Assembly: GCF_039654945.1 (NCBI RefSeq)
Contig: NW_027361821.1
Location: forward strand, 19,654,001 to 19,718,000
DNA: 64,000 nt
Source: Dendrobates tinctorius
Lineage: Eukaryota
Direction: 5' to 3'
Below are positions 12,597-27,788 of this stretch, piece after piece. The position numbers were made by a program, and so were the translations under genes. The notes under the pieces are model-generated. The model did no database searches, was not told the DNA's origin, and saw only the letters and a list, made by a program, of their open reading frames with translations. Position 1 is the first letter of the stretch, and every line of letters starts with the position of its first letter.

Positions 12597-14021
12597 ACAC
12601 AGACACTATCTACATAAAAAAACTGAACTTTTAATTTTTTGTTGGAAAATAATTACATTTAGTTTATTATTAGTTATAGTTTACAGATGGATTAATAATT
12701 TTTGTATGTGCAAATATGCAATATGCATAAATATTCCAATAAAGCCATGTTAAATGTTTTGACAAAAAAAAATAAAAAAGTATGTTTTTATTTCCATTTG
12801 TTTATAAACAACCAGGTTCACATACAATATAATACTGCAAAAATTATTCAATTAAAACACTTAAATTAGCTAAAAATCAAGACTTTATTAGGTCCGGTCA
12901 AAAATGACCGGAACATAACAAGTGTATAGTGGTAACGAACAGAATAGCAGGGTTAAAGAAAGTAGCGGGAGATGACCAGACTGCAGCTTTGCAGATCTGA
13001 TCAATGGAAACATTAGCCCTTTCTGACCAAGAAGCAGTGATGGCTCTTGTAGAATCATCGTTAATCTACATAGAGGGTTTCTCACCTGATACTGAGTAAG
13101 CCAGTGATATGGCTATTCTAAACCAACAAGCTATGGTGAATTTAGTAGCCCCCTTATCTTTATTGGGACCATGAAACAATAGAAACATTGATTAGGACTT
13201 ATGCCAAGGGCTCATAGCATCTAGGTATTTAAGCAGACACCTTCTGACGTCCAAAGAAAGAAAAAACTAACTTGCCCTGAAATGTATTATTCTCACAGAA
13301 GGACGGTAAAACCATTTCCTGGGATCTATGAAGACTGGAAACTTTCAGGAGACAAAACCTGATCCAGCTTATCATCCTGCCTTCCAGGAAAGTTATGAAG
13401 GGTGGATTAACTGAGATAGCCTGTAACTCTCCCACCAGCCTAAACAAGGTTAGGGACACCAAAAGGACAGTTTCCAGGGTGAGTACCCGAATAGCAACAG
13501 TTGAAATGGTCTCAAAAGGGCTCACACATAATGGCATTAAATACTAGATTTAAGTCCCAGGGAGCTACTACAGGGCCCCTTACTGGCCTGGACGCAAAGG
13601 AAGCTTTAAAATACATCTACGTACCAATAGGTGGTCAGCGATTCTTTGATCAAACAGAGCTCCTAAAGCAGCATACTGAACCTTCAATGTACTGGAAGAC
13701 AGGCCACTCTCTAAACTCTCTTGAAGACACAAATACCTCTCTAAGGAAAACCTGATGTTGTATTGCTAGACTCTGGACAGAAAATGTCTAAGAATTCATC
13801 ACATAATTTGGTATATCTTAAGGAGGTAACTTTTTTCCTACTTAAAAGGGGAGTGGAAACTAACTACTGTGAGAAACCCCTGGCTAATCATACCCCTGTC
13901 AAGTTCCAAGCCATGAGAAGTAAATTGGGGGTGGAGGACTGGCTCCTGAGGGTAAATACTGGGACTGCTGGGCAATAACCAAGGGTCTGAGGTGGACATA
14001 ATCCTAAGCCACATGAACTAA

Positions 14022-14673
14022 AGGCCCCGTCACACTAAGCGACTCACCAGCGATCAGGACACCGATATGAAGGTGTCAGGATCGCTGGTAAGTCGCTATG
14101 TGATCGCTGGTGAGCTGTCACACAGACAGCTTCACCAGCGATCAGCACAGCGATGCCGAGCGCCCGGCATCACTGGCTATCGCTGTAGAAAATAGTATCA
14201 AAATAAAAAATATAGTTATTCTCACCTTCCGACGTCCCGTTCAGCCATCCTGCCTCTCTCCACGCTCCGGTCCCAGTGATCCTTTGCACGAATGACCACG
14301 AGATGTCACGGTCTCGCGGGATAACAAAGTCTCGCGGTCATTCATGCAAAGGATCACTGGGACCGGAGCGTGGAGAGAGGCAGGATGGCTGCACGGGACA
14401 TCGGAAGGTGAGAATAACTTTTTTTTTATTATTTTTTTTTACACCTGATCGCTGGTCTCCCGCTGTCACACAGCGATGCGTGCTGGCCAGCGGGAGACCA
14501 GCGACCAAAGAAATGTCCAGAGGTTTCTTGCAGCGATCAGCGATACCGGCAGGGGGGCCGCTCGCTGATCGCTGTCACACACAGCGATCTCGCTGGTGAG
14601 ATCGCTGTTACGTCACAAAAGTTGTGACTCAGCAGCGATCTCGCTACCGAGATTGCTTAGTGAGACGGGGCCT
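14022..14673. mobile_element. CGAT-rich Harbinger-like MITE, family A, nested in DIRS
   Basis: TAA|AGGCCCCGTCACACTAAGCGA...TTAGTGAGACGGGGCCT|TAA; DIRS homology rejoins across the TAA. Confidence 0.92.
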
Positions 14674-15521
14674 TAAGCCCTTGGGCCAGAAGGGAGCAAT
14701 CAGTATGACCCTGGCTCCCTCTCTTCCCACATCTTCTACACCATTGGAAATAGAAGAAAGGGTGGAAACATGTAGGCCAGATAAAAATCCCAATTCTGTA
14801 GAGGAGCATCCACCCCGTTTGGAGACTCACCTGGATTCAAGACAAAAATTCCACTTGTCGATTCTCCCGTGCAGCGAATAAGTATTCCTGGGAGCCCCCA
14901 CAAAAGCACAGATCAGACTGACGAGTTTCCGATTCAAAAGACCATTCCCTTTGGCAGAGTACATGACTGATTAGGTAGTCTTATGAAACGTTCTGTCTTT
15001 TAGGTGGCGAGTAAAAAGGGAGGAAAAATTCTGTTCTGCTAACTTTAAAGGTCTTCATCACTTTACCCATCAGTGGACCTGATCTGGTCCCCCACGCCAT
15101 TTATGTAGGCCACAATTGTCCTGTTTGATATGGCCACCATATTTCTCCCTGAAATCAACTTTGCCGAAACTTGTAATTCTTTCCTTGCTGCTGTCAATTC
15201 CTTTATTTGTGATGAATTTTCTGGCATTGTGATGGCTAATAGACCCTGAAAAAAATGTGACCGTCTAGGTGGGCTCCCCACCATTCTGGACTTGCATCCG
15301 TAGTAATTACCACCGATTCCCAAATTGTCCACAGAACTCCTCTGGAGGATTTTTTTGTTCAACCACCAGATCAGGGAGTCTCGAAATACTGCAGATAACT
15401 GGATTTTTGGGTCTAGATGATCTGTCATCACTGCCTGTACTACCAGTATCTCACATTAAAAGGTGTCTCTTATGAATTTGGGTGCGCTGTGCTGTTGGAA
15501 TTGTGGCTGTTAATGAGCCTA

Positions 15522-15925
15522 AGGGCTCGCTCCCAGTTGCGATTAAATTAGACGAATGCAATCAGATTAAAAATCGGATTTTCGTACCAAGTTAATCCTA
15601 TGCTTCTGTTCTCCATGGCTTTTTTTCCATGCTCAGATCGGATCGCGATTGGACAGGAAAAACAAAAAAACCCAAGCAGCATGGTGGGATTGCATGCACC
15701 CATATAAGTCTAATCGGTGCATGTGAGACATCGCACTGCACTTGGATATCACCCGAGTGCAGTGCGATTCCCGCAGACAATGGAGTAGATTAAAAAAATT
15801 ACTTTCTCCATCTGTTCTGCGATTCTCACATGCGAGAGGATCTGAGCACAGAGCACTGAGGCTCAGCTCACCCTCACAGGAAAGCAGGAGCCGAGGGTCA
15901 TTAGTGCATTGGATGTGATATGCTA
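15522..15925. mobile_element. Degenerate Harbinger-like MITE in the DIRS RT/RNase H region
   Basis: Starts TAA|GGGCTCGCTCCCAG; internal inverted repeat TCGCACTGCACTTGGAT / CCGAGTGCAGTGCGA; interrupts DIRS homology. Confidence 0.5.
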
Positions 15926-16483
15926 ATGTGACTCCTGCCTGATAGGGATCAGTTATTGAAATCTCCAGATTCACTTGAAGGATTTTGTGTCTGATCTTTG
16001 AGATCTTCTCCTGCAGTAGAAAACACTGCAGACTGGTTGAATCCACACAGATCCCTACAAAAAAAGTCTCAACCTGTAGCTGTCTCGACTTGGACTTGTT
16101 TTTGTTCAGTATTCAACCCAGCTCCCTCAAGACAGAAAGGACATGGGTGAGTGCCTGCATACAGTTTTTCTTGGAGTCTCCTATAATTAGTAAGTCGTCC
16201 AGGTAATTCATTATAGTTTTTTTTTTTTCCCCCTGACATTTCTGCTACAATCTTGGTGAAAACTCTGCTATTGAAACCCAGAAAGTGGAGGCACTAGTAC
16301 TGTAGATGAAGTAAATAGTCTCCAACCTTCACCGCTACATTGAGGAATTTTTGATGGTCTCAAAGTATTGGGACGTGGCAATATGAGTTCTTCAGGTCTA
16401 TCACCGGCATAAAACACCACAGCTATCAGTCTTATAATGGATTTCAGGATTCCCATTTTGAAGTTTTTTAAATGGGAAGTTAA

Positions 16484-17430
16484 CTCCTTCACGTCCTTGG
16501 GATTTTCAGTTTTTGCTCCCTTTCTTCCCAGATGCATAACATTATTTTTTCAGTCAATATGGCTGTGTGAGGGCTTGTTTTTTGCAGGACAAGTTGTACT
16601 TTTGAACGACTACTGATTTTACTATATAGTACACTGGAAAATGGGGGAGAAAAATTAAAGTGCGGTGATATTGAAGGAAAAAAAAAAAAAGCAGTCATTT
16701 TCTGAGACTTGTAGAGTCATTTTTCTTGACCTGGGGCTGGGTAAGGGCTTATTTTTTGAGCGTCGAGCGGACGTTTTTATTGATGCAATTTTGATGTAGA
16801 TACAATCTTTCGATCACCTGTTATTGCAATGCTGCGGCTACCAAAGTAAAATGTAATTCTGGAATTTTGATTTTTTTGTTTCTCGTTACGCCGTTTACCA
16901 ATCAGATTAATTCTTTATATATTTTGATAGACTGGACATTTCTGAATGCAGCAATATCAAATATGTATTTTTGTTTTTTTGGTTTTATTTTGAATGCGGA
17001 CTTGCATTTTTAATTTTAATTTTTAAAAAACTTACTTGCTTCAGTAGTCTTAGTAGACTTGAAGCTGCGATCTTCTGATCACTTGCGCTACACATAGCAG
17101 GGCATCAGCCCTGCTATGTGTAGCAGAAATCATCTGCCGTGTTCATAGCAGTTCAGCAATGAAAAGAACAGGGGTCTTATGCAGACCTTCGGTTGTTCTG
17201 CAAATTCATTGGCGTCCCGCGATCATGTGACAGGGGCATAGTTGGGTGGAGTTTGACGCACTTCCTGAGCGATCATGTTGCTGCTATCGCAATTTCACTC
17301 TCGGCTGTTAGGAGATTTGACCAGCTGTCATGGGCCCCTTTCATATGCTGGAAAAGATGCAGGCTCAGGGCAGGAGCCTGCATGACAGGAGAATACATAA
17401 CATATCTATACGTCATAGGTCGTAAACGGG
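16484..17430. mobile_element. piggyBac-like non-autonomous element nested in the DIRS RT
   Basis: TTAA|CTCCTTCACGTCC...GGTCGTAAACGGG|TTAA; DIRS RT text (ELRALT/SHLKNFKM) rejoins across the TTAA. Confidence 0.85.
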
Positions 17431-20400
17431 TTAACGCTCTTAGTTCTGTAGGAACCATCATCAACCTATTTGGTATGTTTACCAGGAACAGATTGATCTA
17501 AAACCCAGTTCTGATTCTTAGCATACTTAGCTTTAGCCTACCTCCCACCCAAACCCTGGCGTCATAGGTCATCCTTTATTGGAGTTAGATTTAATGAAGA
17601 ACCCACTACCCTAGGGAAATTCTTCTTCCTATCTGCTGCTTTCTCAAAAATTTCATCTAGAGCAGAGCCAAATAGATAACCCCCTTGAATGGGTATAGAG
17701 CGAAGTTTCATCTTAGACTGAAAATCTGTTGACCTCTATGGGCGGAGTTAGAAAGGGCAGAGGAGCGGGCAGCCAACCTAATACTATCTGCAGATGTGTC
17801 TGCCAGGAAATCTGCCGCCTTCTAAAATTGTAGGTAGGGCTTCCAAAATGCAATCTCTTGAAAATCTATTTCTTATCTGGGAATCGAATGCCTGTAACCA
17901 CTTAATTAGGGATCTACCTGTATAAATAAGCTGAAATACTGGGCTTAAAAGAACCAGTTGCTGCTTCCCATGCTCCCTAAGAAAAGGATCTGGATTTTTA
18001 ACAAAAAAAAGGTTCTTTAAAAAGGAACCTACGCGTAGGTCATCAATAGGGAGTCCCACATTTGAGATCTTAGCTACCACATCAATTTTAGGAAAATTCT
18101 CCCAAATCTTCCTCAAATGGGCACTTCATTTTAAGTACGCTCGAGATAGTGTGGAAAAAACGGTTTACAAAGTCTATTTCTTAAAGAGAGAAAGTAAATT
18201 CTTATGTAACGGGAACACCAGCTGTCAATCCAGAACTCAATATTAAGTGGATTAAAGAAGCAAAGACAAGGGTTCCCTAGGAGATTATACTCCCATGGTA
18301 GGTCTGATGAGTAAGCAATTTTCCCGTATCTTCAACCGGAAAGAATGGATGCCCATATTCAGAGGATGACTGAATAATAATCAGCAGTTAATTCACTGGA
18401 ATCTTCTAATTCTTCCTCAGAACTTGTTTCAACAGGGATAGGGTGTCTACTTGAAGAGGAAGTGTTAATCTGACACATCTCTCTCTTAATGGTATTTTCA
18501 ACTTCTCCCTTGGTTAATGATTTAATATCCTGGAACAATGATGGAGACTCTTTGGCTACTGTTTTCTCAATGCATAAGCGACAGAGCCTCTTTGTATTCC
18601 TAGACAGAAGTTCTGTACATAAGGCACATTCCCTGGTGTATGTATATATATGTGTGTGTGTGTGTGTATTTATTTTTTATCTCTATATATCTCTATCTCC
18701 ATCTATCACCAGTGCATATATAGTACAATATTACTACTCACCCCATCCTATGCCCTGGCAACAAGCGTGCAAAGAGGTTTTGGATAGTTTACGGCATCAC
18801 TGCGGTACATTCCTGGATCGTCAATACTGCCACTTCAGAAGTTATGAATCCACTACCCGCCGGAAGGAGTCACTGCATCCCTTTTATATCCGTGGGTACA
18901 GGAGGGGGAAAAGGCAGGCGTTTCAGCACTATTCCAATTGGAGATAGGATCACGCCTCAAAGTCCAAGCAGCTATACGCCGGTCTCGCCTTTCCGAACTC
19001 AGAAGAGGCCGGTATTTGCAGACCACTGGCCTCGGTGTGTTAAGTCACATGCAGTCATTTTCAGCAAGTCATCAGTGTGCATGTGCCTCCGGTGAACTCC
19101 TCTGCTCTGGAAGCGCTATTCTCCTTTCTACGCACACACTCCCAAACTCAGAAGTGACTTGCCAGAAGCAGAGTTGCATCCCCATTCCAGTAAATGCCAG
19201 CAAGGACAGCAAATGTCAAATAGACAAGGGGCCCAATGCTGCATATCCTTGGAGGGGTGGGGGTTGGGGGACGCCTCCTGCAACTCCTGAAGAAACTTCC
19301 CCAGGTATCTTCCAACTTCACCCCACACCCACATGGCTGTAGGTCTCCTCCCACAGGAGCAGAAAACCACACTAAAGGCGTAAGGAGAGGTTCCACCTTT
19401 TTAATCTGTAGGTTTCCTGTTCCTGGGGTGGATACCCCCTCTGTATGGTGCGGTCAAGCGTGTAGGGGAAAACCAGTCCATATGTTCACCATATATTTGT
19501 CTGTTTTCTAGATTATGTCGTTCCAAATGTAGCATTGTATCAGTTATTAAAAAATCCATTAAAAGGATGAGCTCATTGCTATGATATTGAAGACCTCTCA
19601 AGCATATGTCAGCAGTATCAGACTGGTATGTGATACCCCGCCAACCTCTAACCAGTGTGACAGAGTGGTGATTTTCAGAAACGCACATCCAGCTGCTCTG
19701 AGCCGATAACAGTTGAATAGTGGGTGTGCCTTGCGTCCAATCAGATATTGATCACCTTTTCCTATTGGGCAATGTGGGTCTAGTACTTTAGAGGACACCA
19801 CTGATATTTGATTTCTGATGTGTACAGCCATCTTTAAACACGTTCTCTGTAACTATATACCATAAAGACAATGATACAAATAGTAGTACTGCAAGGTCAG
19901 ACTTGAGAGGATGAAGTCTTATCTATCAAACACATCTTAAACTGCCTATACACAGACTATCGATTGCTGAACCAAGAAATAGTGACATGTTTAGCACATA
20001 GTCCAAAACGTCCAGGGGGCATTTACAGAATTAATCGGGAGATTTAAGGATTCAGCATTTCTGATTTTGCTTTACCAATCCTTTTGTTGAACCCAAGATA
20101 AGCCTTCGCCACAGAATTCTAGAGTTGACACACTTAGGCCATGTTCACAGGTCCAGCAGTGATCAGTTAGAACGGATCTAGCAGCAAACTGTTGGACTGA
20201 AAAGTTGTGTCTGAACAAATTTGCCGTTTTTAAATAAAAAAAAAAAATTCAAAAATGGATCCAGCATAGTTTTTTGCTTGTTTGTTTTATTTAACATTGA
20301 AGTTTACAAAAAATAGATTCGCTGATTAGCCATGCGTTTTTCTTTCATTTGTAACGGATCTGTGTTTTGCTTACTGGTTAGGAATTTATAAAAGAATTTA

Positions 20401-20495
20401 TACAATGAGACTAACAATACAGAGCGCTAAAGTCCCTGCATGGACAGCAGTGAAGGAGGACATGCCATCAGAGGGTGATCACAGCAGACTGTTCA

Positions 20496-20711
<216 letters not shown>

Positions 20712-21038
20712 TTACCGGCTCAGACAAGCAAGCAGCACCATATGCAAGCACGCAACAGGGCAGATTACAGCTCAAGGTCAGCAATGCATTCATCTATCAT
20801 ATATGCAAGATATATACTAAATGATGAGATTACAGCGCCATAAACGCTGTCCACTTAATCAGGGAATATGACTAATTTGTGTAAAAACATACACCCTAAA
20901 CCATGGCAACTAGCGGCACCGGATCTATAAATCCACCCATGACGTGGCAGAATCGTGCACACTTTATATTGTCCACCACCGGCAATGTATTTCTAACCAC
21001 AGGAAGTGACACACTATGGTGTTATATTTTTACATCTA

Positions 21039-21350
<312 letters not shown>

Positions 21351-21648
21351 TTACTGTACAATAAGACTGACTAAGAGCTACAATAGGAAACCTCTAAAAT
21401 TAATGGCTGGAGAAAACACTTCTGCAAGGGATTACTGAAACCGACAAATAGTGATGAGCGAGTGTGCTGGGTTAAGGTGTTATTGGAGCATGCTCATGTG
21501 CTAACCGAGTGTCTTCGGCATGCTCGATTATGATCGAGTCCCCACGGCTATTTGACAGCTGCAACACATGCAGGGATTGTTTGTTAGGTAACCCCTACAT
21601 GTATTGCGCCTGTTCGAACAGCCGCGGGGACACAAACTTTTTTTTTAA

Positions 21649-22024
21649 CCCCTTAACCAGGGGTATTTTTGGTTTTGCATTTTCAGTTTTCCCTCCCCTT
21701 CTTTCCAGAGCCATAACTTTTTTATTTTTCCGCCTATATGGCCATGTGAGGGCTTATTTTTTGCGGAACGAGTTGTACTTTTAAATGACACCATTGGCTT
21801 TACCATGTCGTGTACTTGAAAACGGGAAAAAAAATTCCAAGTGCGGTGAAATTGCAAAAAAAAGTGCAATCCCACACTTGTTTTTTGCTTGGCTTTTTTG
21901 CTGGGTTCACTAGATGCTAAATCTGACCTACCATTATGATTCTCCAGGTCATTACAAGTTCAAAGACACCAAACATGTCTATGTCCTCTTTTAGCTAAGT
22001 GGTGAAAAAAAATTCCAAAGTTTG

Positions 22025-22062
<38 letters not shown>

Positions 22063-22443
22063 CGCAATTTTCTGAGACCCGTAGCGTCTCCATTTTTCAT
22101 GATCTTGGGCCGGGTGAGGGCTTATTTTTTTGCGTGCCGGGCTGACGCTTTTAATGATACCACTTCTGTGCAGATACGTTCTTTTGATCGCCCGTTATTG
22201 CATTTTAATGCAATGTCTTGGCGACCAAAAAAAACGTAATTCTGGCATTTTGAATTTTTTTCTCGCTATGCCGTTTAGCAATCGGGTTAATGCTTTTTTT
22301 TTATTGATAGATCGGGCGATTCTGAACGCGGCGATACCCAATATGTGTATGTGGGATTTTTTGTTTTTACTGTTTTATTTTGATTGGGGCGAAAGGGGGG
22401 TGATTTGAACTTTTAGGTTTTTTTAATTTTTTTATTTTTAAAC

Positions 22444-22474
<31 letters not shown>

Positions 22475-22850
22475 GGCATGCTTCAATAGCCTCCACAGGA
22501 GGCTAGAAGCATGCGCAACCCGATCGGCTCTGCTACATGAGTGATGAGCAGATCGCCCATATGTAGCAGATTTACTGCTGTGCTTTCAGCGCCGACCACT
22601 GGGTGGCACTGAAAGCCATATGCCTGGAGCAACCATAGAGGTCTCAGAGACCTCTGGTTGTCCAGGCAACATGACGCCGACCCCCGATCACGTGACGGGG
22701 GTCGGCGATGAGGTCATTTCCGGCCCTGCGGCCGGAAATGCTATTTAAATGCCTGCTGTCAGCTTTGACAGCGGTATTTAACTAGTTAATAGGCACGGGC
22801 GGACGGCGATTCCGCTTGCGCCTATTGCGGGCACATGTCAACTGTTCATA
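21649..22850. mobile_element. piggyBac-like non-autonomous element related to 16484-17430, right end truncated; fragment also at about 32580-32830
   Basis: TTAA|CCCCTTAACC start; shares the twice-repeated GTGAGGGCTTATTTTTTGC block and the GTAATTCTGG block with 16484-17430. Confidence 0.8.
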
Positions 22851-22878
22851 CTGCATCCAACGTCTCTGGCATTACTTA

Positions 22879-23031
<153 letters not shown>

Positions 23032-23959
23032 TTAGACTAGTTAGTATTCCTACAGGAAGGCATTGCTGGGGGATTCTAGTGTGAAATGAGGATCTAGAAG
23101 ACGGATTCACACTTGAGTGGTTGCCTGTGTACGATATTGAACAATGTATTTTCCAATCTCTGTGGCAGAAACACGCCAAAAAAAAAAAAATATTAAACTC
23201 GTCATTCCAAAAATACCAAGTGTTTCCACTATCAAAACTGGACAACTTGCTGATCTATGGGGATCCAACCGCTGGTGATCCTGAGAACAGCGCTCTGCTG
23301 AGTGGTGATTAAGTTGGAGGTGCATGATTGACGGCTGCTCCATTCATAGTCTATGGGACTGCTGAAAATAGCAAAGTGCTGTACTTAGCCGTCTCCAATA
23401 GTCTCAGAGAATGAATGGAACCAAGATTGAGCATGTGCACCTCCAACTAACTCAACACTGCACAGAGCGATTGAGTTAGCATTACTGGGGTTTTATTGAT
23501 TGATCACATACTATTTATGCTTTTATTCTGTGGATAGGGAATAACCCTTTAAACTGGGAATAATAGTAATGCTGTTTTTAACAAGAAGATACTCTCCAAT
23601 TTTGTAAAAATGTCACAATCCTCTCTTGATAATAACTTTTTTTTTTTTTATTTGTTTGCAACTGATTGCCTAGGCTACTGACCACTGCTGCAGCTCTTTT
23701 ATTGAGCTTGTAAGCAATGCTCTGAAGCTGGCGGAGATCGCTGGTGTTCACAGTCCGTTCCACATTCCAGCAAGCCACTGCAGAGGTAAATGCATCTTCT
23801 ATAGCAGCATAAGGAATGCACAGTCCAGGACTTCAGCGCTTCATGCATTTCTTAAACTTATATGACAACTGGCAGAATTGTGAATGCAGCTCTGGACATG
23901 AATACAGATAATTGGGATCTGCATCAAATGGAGCTTCCTATGCCAGACTCCACAACTTA

Positions 23960-24097
<138 letters not shown>

Positions 24098-24885
24098 TTA
24101 AAAAACTACACAGTGCAAAGCCTTTCACCTAATTTGTGATCCACAACACGGTATTTTGGGAGCTCCCAGTACTGACACTCCTGACTTTTAAAGGTACACC
24201 GGCATACGTCTGCAAATGGCAGAGCAGATACCCCAACCACTAATCAGATCTGCATTGGCCAAATGGGACGGCTCGGACGTTAGAGCCAGACACTGACCAC
24301 AAGTTTCTTAGTGAAATTCATTTCAACAAACAAGTAAAACCACACAGGCCCTTTATCATGGCATTTACATATATTACCATCTCATTTCTAGGTCAACTGG
24401 CGACATAGTTTGAGATTTTTGTTAGCTATTCGCAGTAATAACATTTCTGGAATTCTGACAGCAGAAGATATCCTGTACAAGTGAAGAATCCATTGTACAA
24501 GTTTCAGCTCATTCAGGAGGACGTGGCATTTCAGCACGGGATTCACCCTGTTATACACCTGCTGACATTTCCTACTGGCCTATTAGCATTTTACCAAGTG
24601 CAAGGGCTAATGTGTAGCTGTACGATTACATGACACTTCTCGTGTGTGGCTGCCAGTTGGATCCCTTGTTGCTGCCATATACTTTTTATAGGCTGAGATA
24701 TGAGGCTTAAACACTTTGGTGGCAGAGGTTAGCGGACACATTGCGGGCCATCAGACCAGCTCCTCCTCCCGCTACAAGGCACATTTATTCTCGGTTTGGG
24801 ATGCCCGTACATGTGCAGGTTTTGATGCAACTTCAAATGGATTTATATTTATTAATGTAGAAAAGTGTTTGAGAAATATATGTAA

Positions 24886-25171
24886 GGGTATGTGCACATG
24901 CTGCGGATTCTGCTGCGGATCCGCAGCAGTTCTGCAGACAGTGTACAGTACAATGTTAGCCAATGGGATTTAAAATCTGCAGTGCACATGCTGCAGATTT
25001 TTCCATGCGGATTTGCTGCGGTTTTAAATCTGCAGCATGTCAATTCTTTCTGCGGATTCCGCAGCGGTTTGACACCTGTTCCATTGTCCAGGCGTCAATC
25101 CGCAGGGGAAAACCGCTGGTCACTTTACCTGCAAATCCGCGCAGAAAAATCTGCAGCGTGTGCCCGCAGCC
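24886..25171. mobile_element. CCGCAG-rich Harbinger-like MITE, family B
   Basis: TAA|GGGTATGTGCACA...CGTGTGCCCGCAGCC; TGCGGA/TCCGCA repeats. Confidence 0.85.
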
Positions 25172-26816
25172 AAAGTGGGTGCATTCATGTAGTCAGGATC
25201 AAATTTTGGCAGCATGAATCAAATGACCAGTTCCCTTTAAGTGTATAAAGCCTCACTTCCCCTGGTAGTGGTGGTGTAGGAAAGTGGATCACACTAATGC
25301 ATTACCCTGCAGATTACAGCAGCTTACAAAAGCCAACTACCCGATAATCAGCTTATTATTGGAGAATCTTCTGGAGAAAACACATTGTTCAAATGGACAA
25401 GCCTTTTAAATCCCATACTAGTCACTGCTTATTACTTAGGTGGTCTCTGACACCACAAGTGCGGTCAGTGATTGGCTTCATAAATCAACTGTCAGTATGA
25501 CAATTGCTGTAGCCAAGTTATCACTGAGGATACAAAGGGGTGAATATGGGTTTATTTCTTATTTTATCACATAAGCAGATTACTTTTTTTTAGGCTTGAA
25601 AAATCTGCTTAAAGAAAACATACAATTTACAAGCAGCTCCCAGTACAGTAGTATCGACGAGCCCCTCAGGAATCTCCAGCCATGTACTGCATGTGACTCG
25701 GATAAACACCCCGGAGCGAGATTATCGTTTTCAATTATTTACGTCGTCCTCATCTGGCAGAGTCAGTCATATTCTTCATGCTTAATTCTCACAGCCAATT
25801 GCAGCGCGGCCGCATTACGCGCAAGACACAAAGCCTTTTATTCAACATGATAGTCAATGAGTAAAGGTTTTACGCTGGGTAAATCTGGCATTGCGCCTCG
25901 AAGCAGGGACGGATGGCAAACTCTAGGTCAATGTAGGAGAACAATAATCCGCTTCACTACAGGCAGCCCATTTAGTGTGTAGTTCAGGAAACTTGTCAAC
26001 TTTCTCCTACGCAACACACTAAAGCAAGCGTAAAAGGAGAATGGGATCGTAAGAAACAAACATTTGATGGCATTAAAAAAAAGCAAACAAATTCATTCTA
26101 ATAGCTGCTGCCATCCCGTTCAAGGGCAGGAGAGAGAAGAATAGCTGGGATACATTGGGTTCCTATTAACCCTTCAACGTTGACAGACTCTTCAGGCTCC
26201 TCACATATACTGACTTTCTGCATTTATATACAACAGTCAACAAGAGCACGCAGAGTCCTCTGACCACCTCAAACTCCCTGCAGACACCCAGCCAAGCGTC
26301 ACCGCTCGGTACGGATCTCCAGATAACACTGAGGGCCAGGGCAAAGGCTGTAGAGTCTTTCATTTAAGAGAATCGGTCCATCATGCCAATTATGCTCTAA
26401 TCAGGGTTTCATCAGTGTGCTCAGATTCTATCTCCATTGTGCCGGTGCCATCCGAGTGCAGTTACAGGTTTCCCACGCACTCATTGGGGGAATATTAGAT
26501 CAAACTGCAGCATTTTTTTCCTTGGACTGACTGCAAAGAAATAAATATGACAAGTGCACGGCCCCATAGACTAATATAAATCCAAGTGTGATCCGATGTT
26601 CTGTCAGGTCACACTCAAACCAAAAATATGCTTATCTGCACGAGCCCTAAGGCTTTTTTTTTTTTTTTTTTTAAACTATGTGTACACCTTCAGGGGCTAA
26701 TATTTTCCCCCATAAAATTTTAAACCACTTGATCAAACCAAGCATGTGATTATTCTTGCAGCCAAGAAAGTCTGTGCACTTAATACTATGTCATCCCTAC
26801 AATAACATATAAACTA

Positions 26817-27080
<264 letters not shown>

Positions 27081-27584
27081 TTAGATGTGTCTCTGGAATA
27101 TTAAAAGCGCACTAACAATAAAGAGTGTTGTGCTAACTTTTTAATGTCTACCAGAAAAGTATACGTAGACAGCTGGACGTCACTATATTCCCCAATCAAT
27201 CAATGACAAGTGGAATGGTAACAATCCGACTCTAATATATTCATACCACGAGGAACAAAGAACAGCCACTGACCCTTTCATATAAAAGGTTTATTTATGG
27301 TTTAGTATAGTTAGGTTTATTGTATGCACGTCTTATTAAATACAGCAAGACATCCTGAACCAAATTCGGTGCCAAGAAAACAGACAAAAACACCAAAAAA
27401 ACTTGGTGCATCATGTTGCAAACTGTGAAATGTGACCGCAATAGTCAATTGTGTGTCAGGCCACTACATAAAACCTACTTTTTCTGAATATTCAACCTAG
27501 AATGCCCATTAAAATTAACAGAATCTTAAATGGGATAGACTTAAATAACTTCTAATGAAATATTTAACCACAAATTATGCATCA

Positions 27585-27788
<204 letters not shown>

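Larger units (their letters stand above)
12890..19400 (-). mobile_element. Decayed DIRS1-type tyrosine-recombinase retrotransposon (boundaries approximate)
   Basis: Minus-strand remnants in DIRS order: gag-like CxxC..CxxC (ECALCTE..RLCRLCIE, about 18630-18560) and PKIDVVAKIS; RT (YLDDLLII, about 16205; LRELGWILN); RNase H (ITTDASPEWWGAHL, SSQIKELTA); methyltransferase-like LAYMFPP...ILIAPFWP (about 14800-14680); recombinase (LTLETVLLVSLT..RLVGELQAIS, DVRR, IDQICKAA.WSS). Many stops and frameshifts. Confidence 0.88.
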
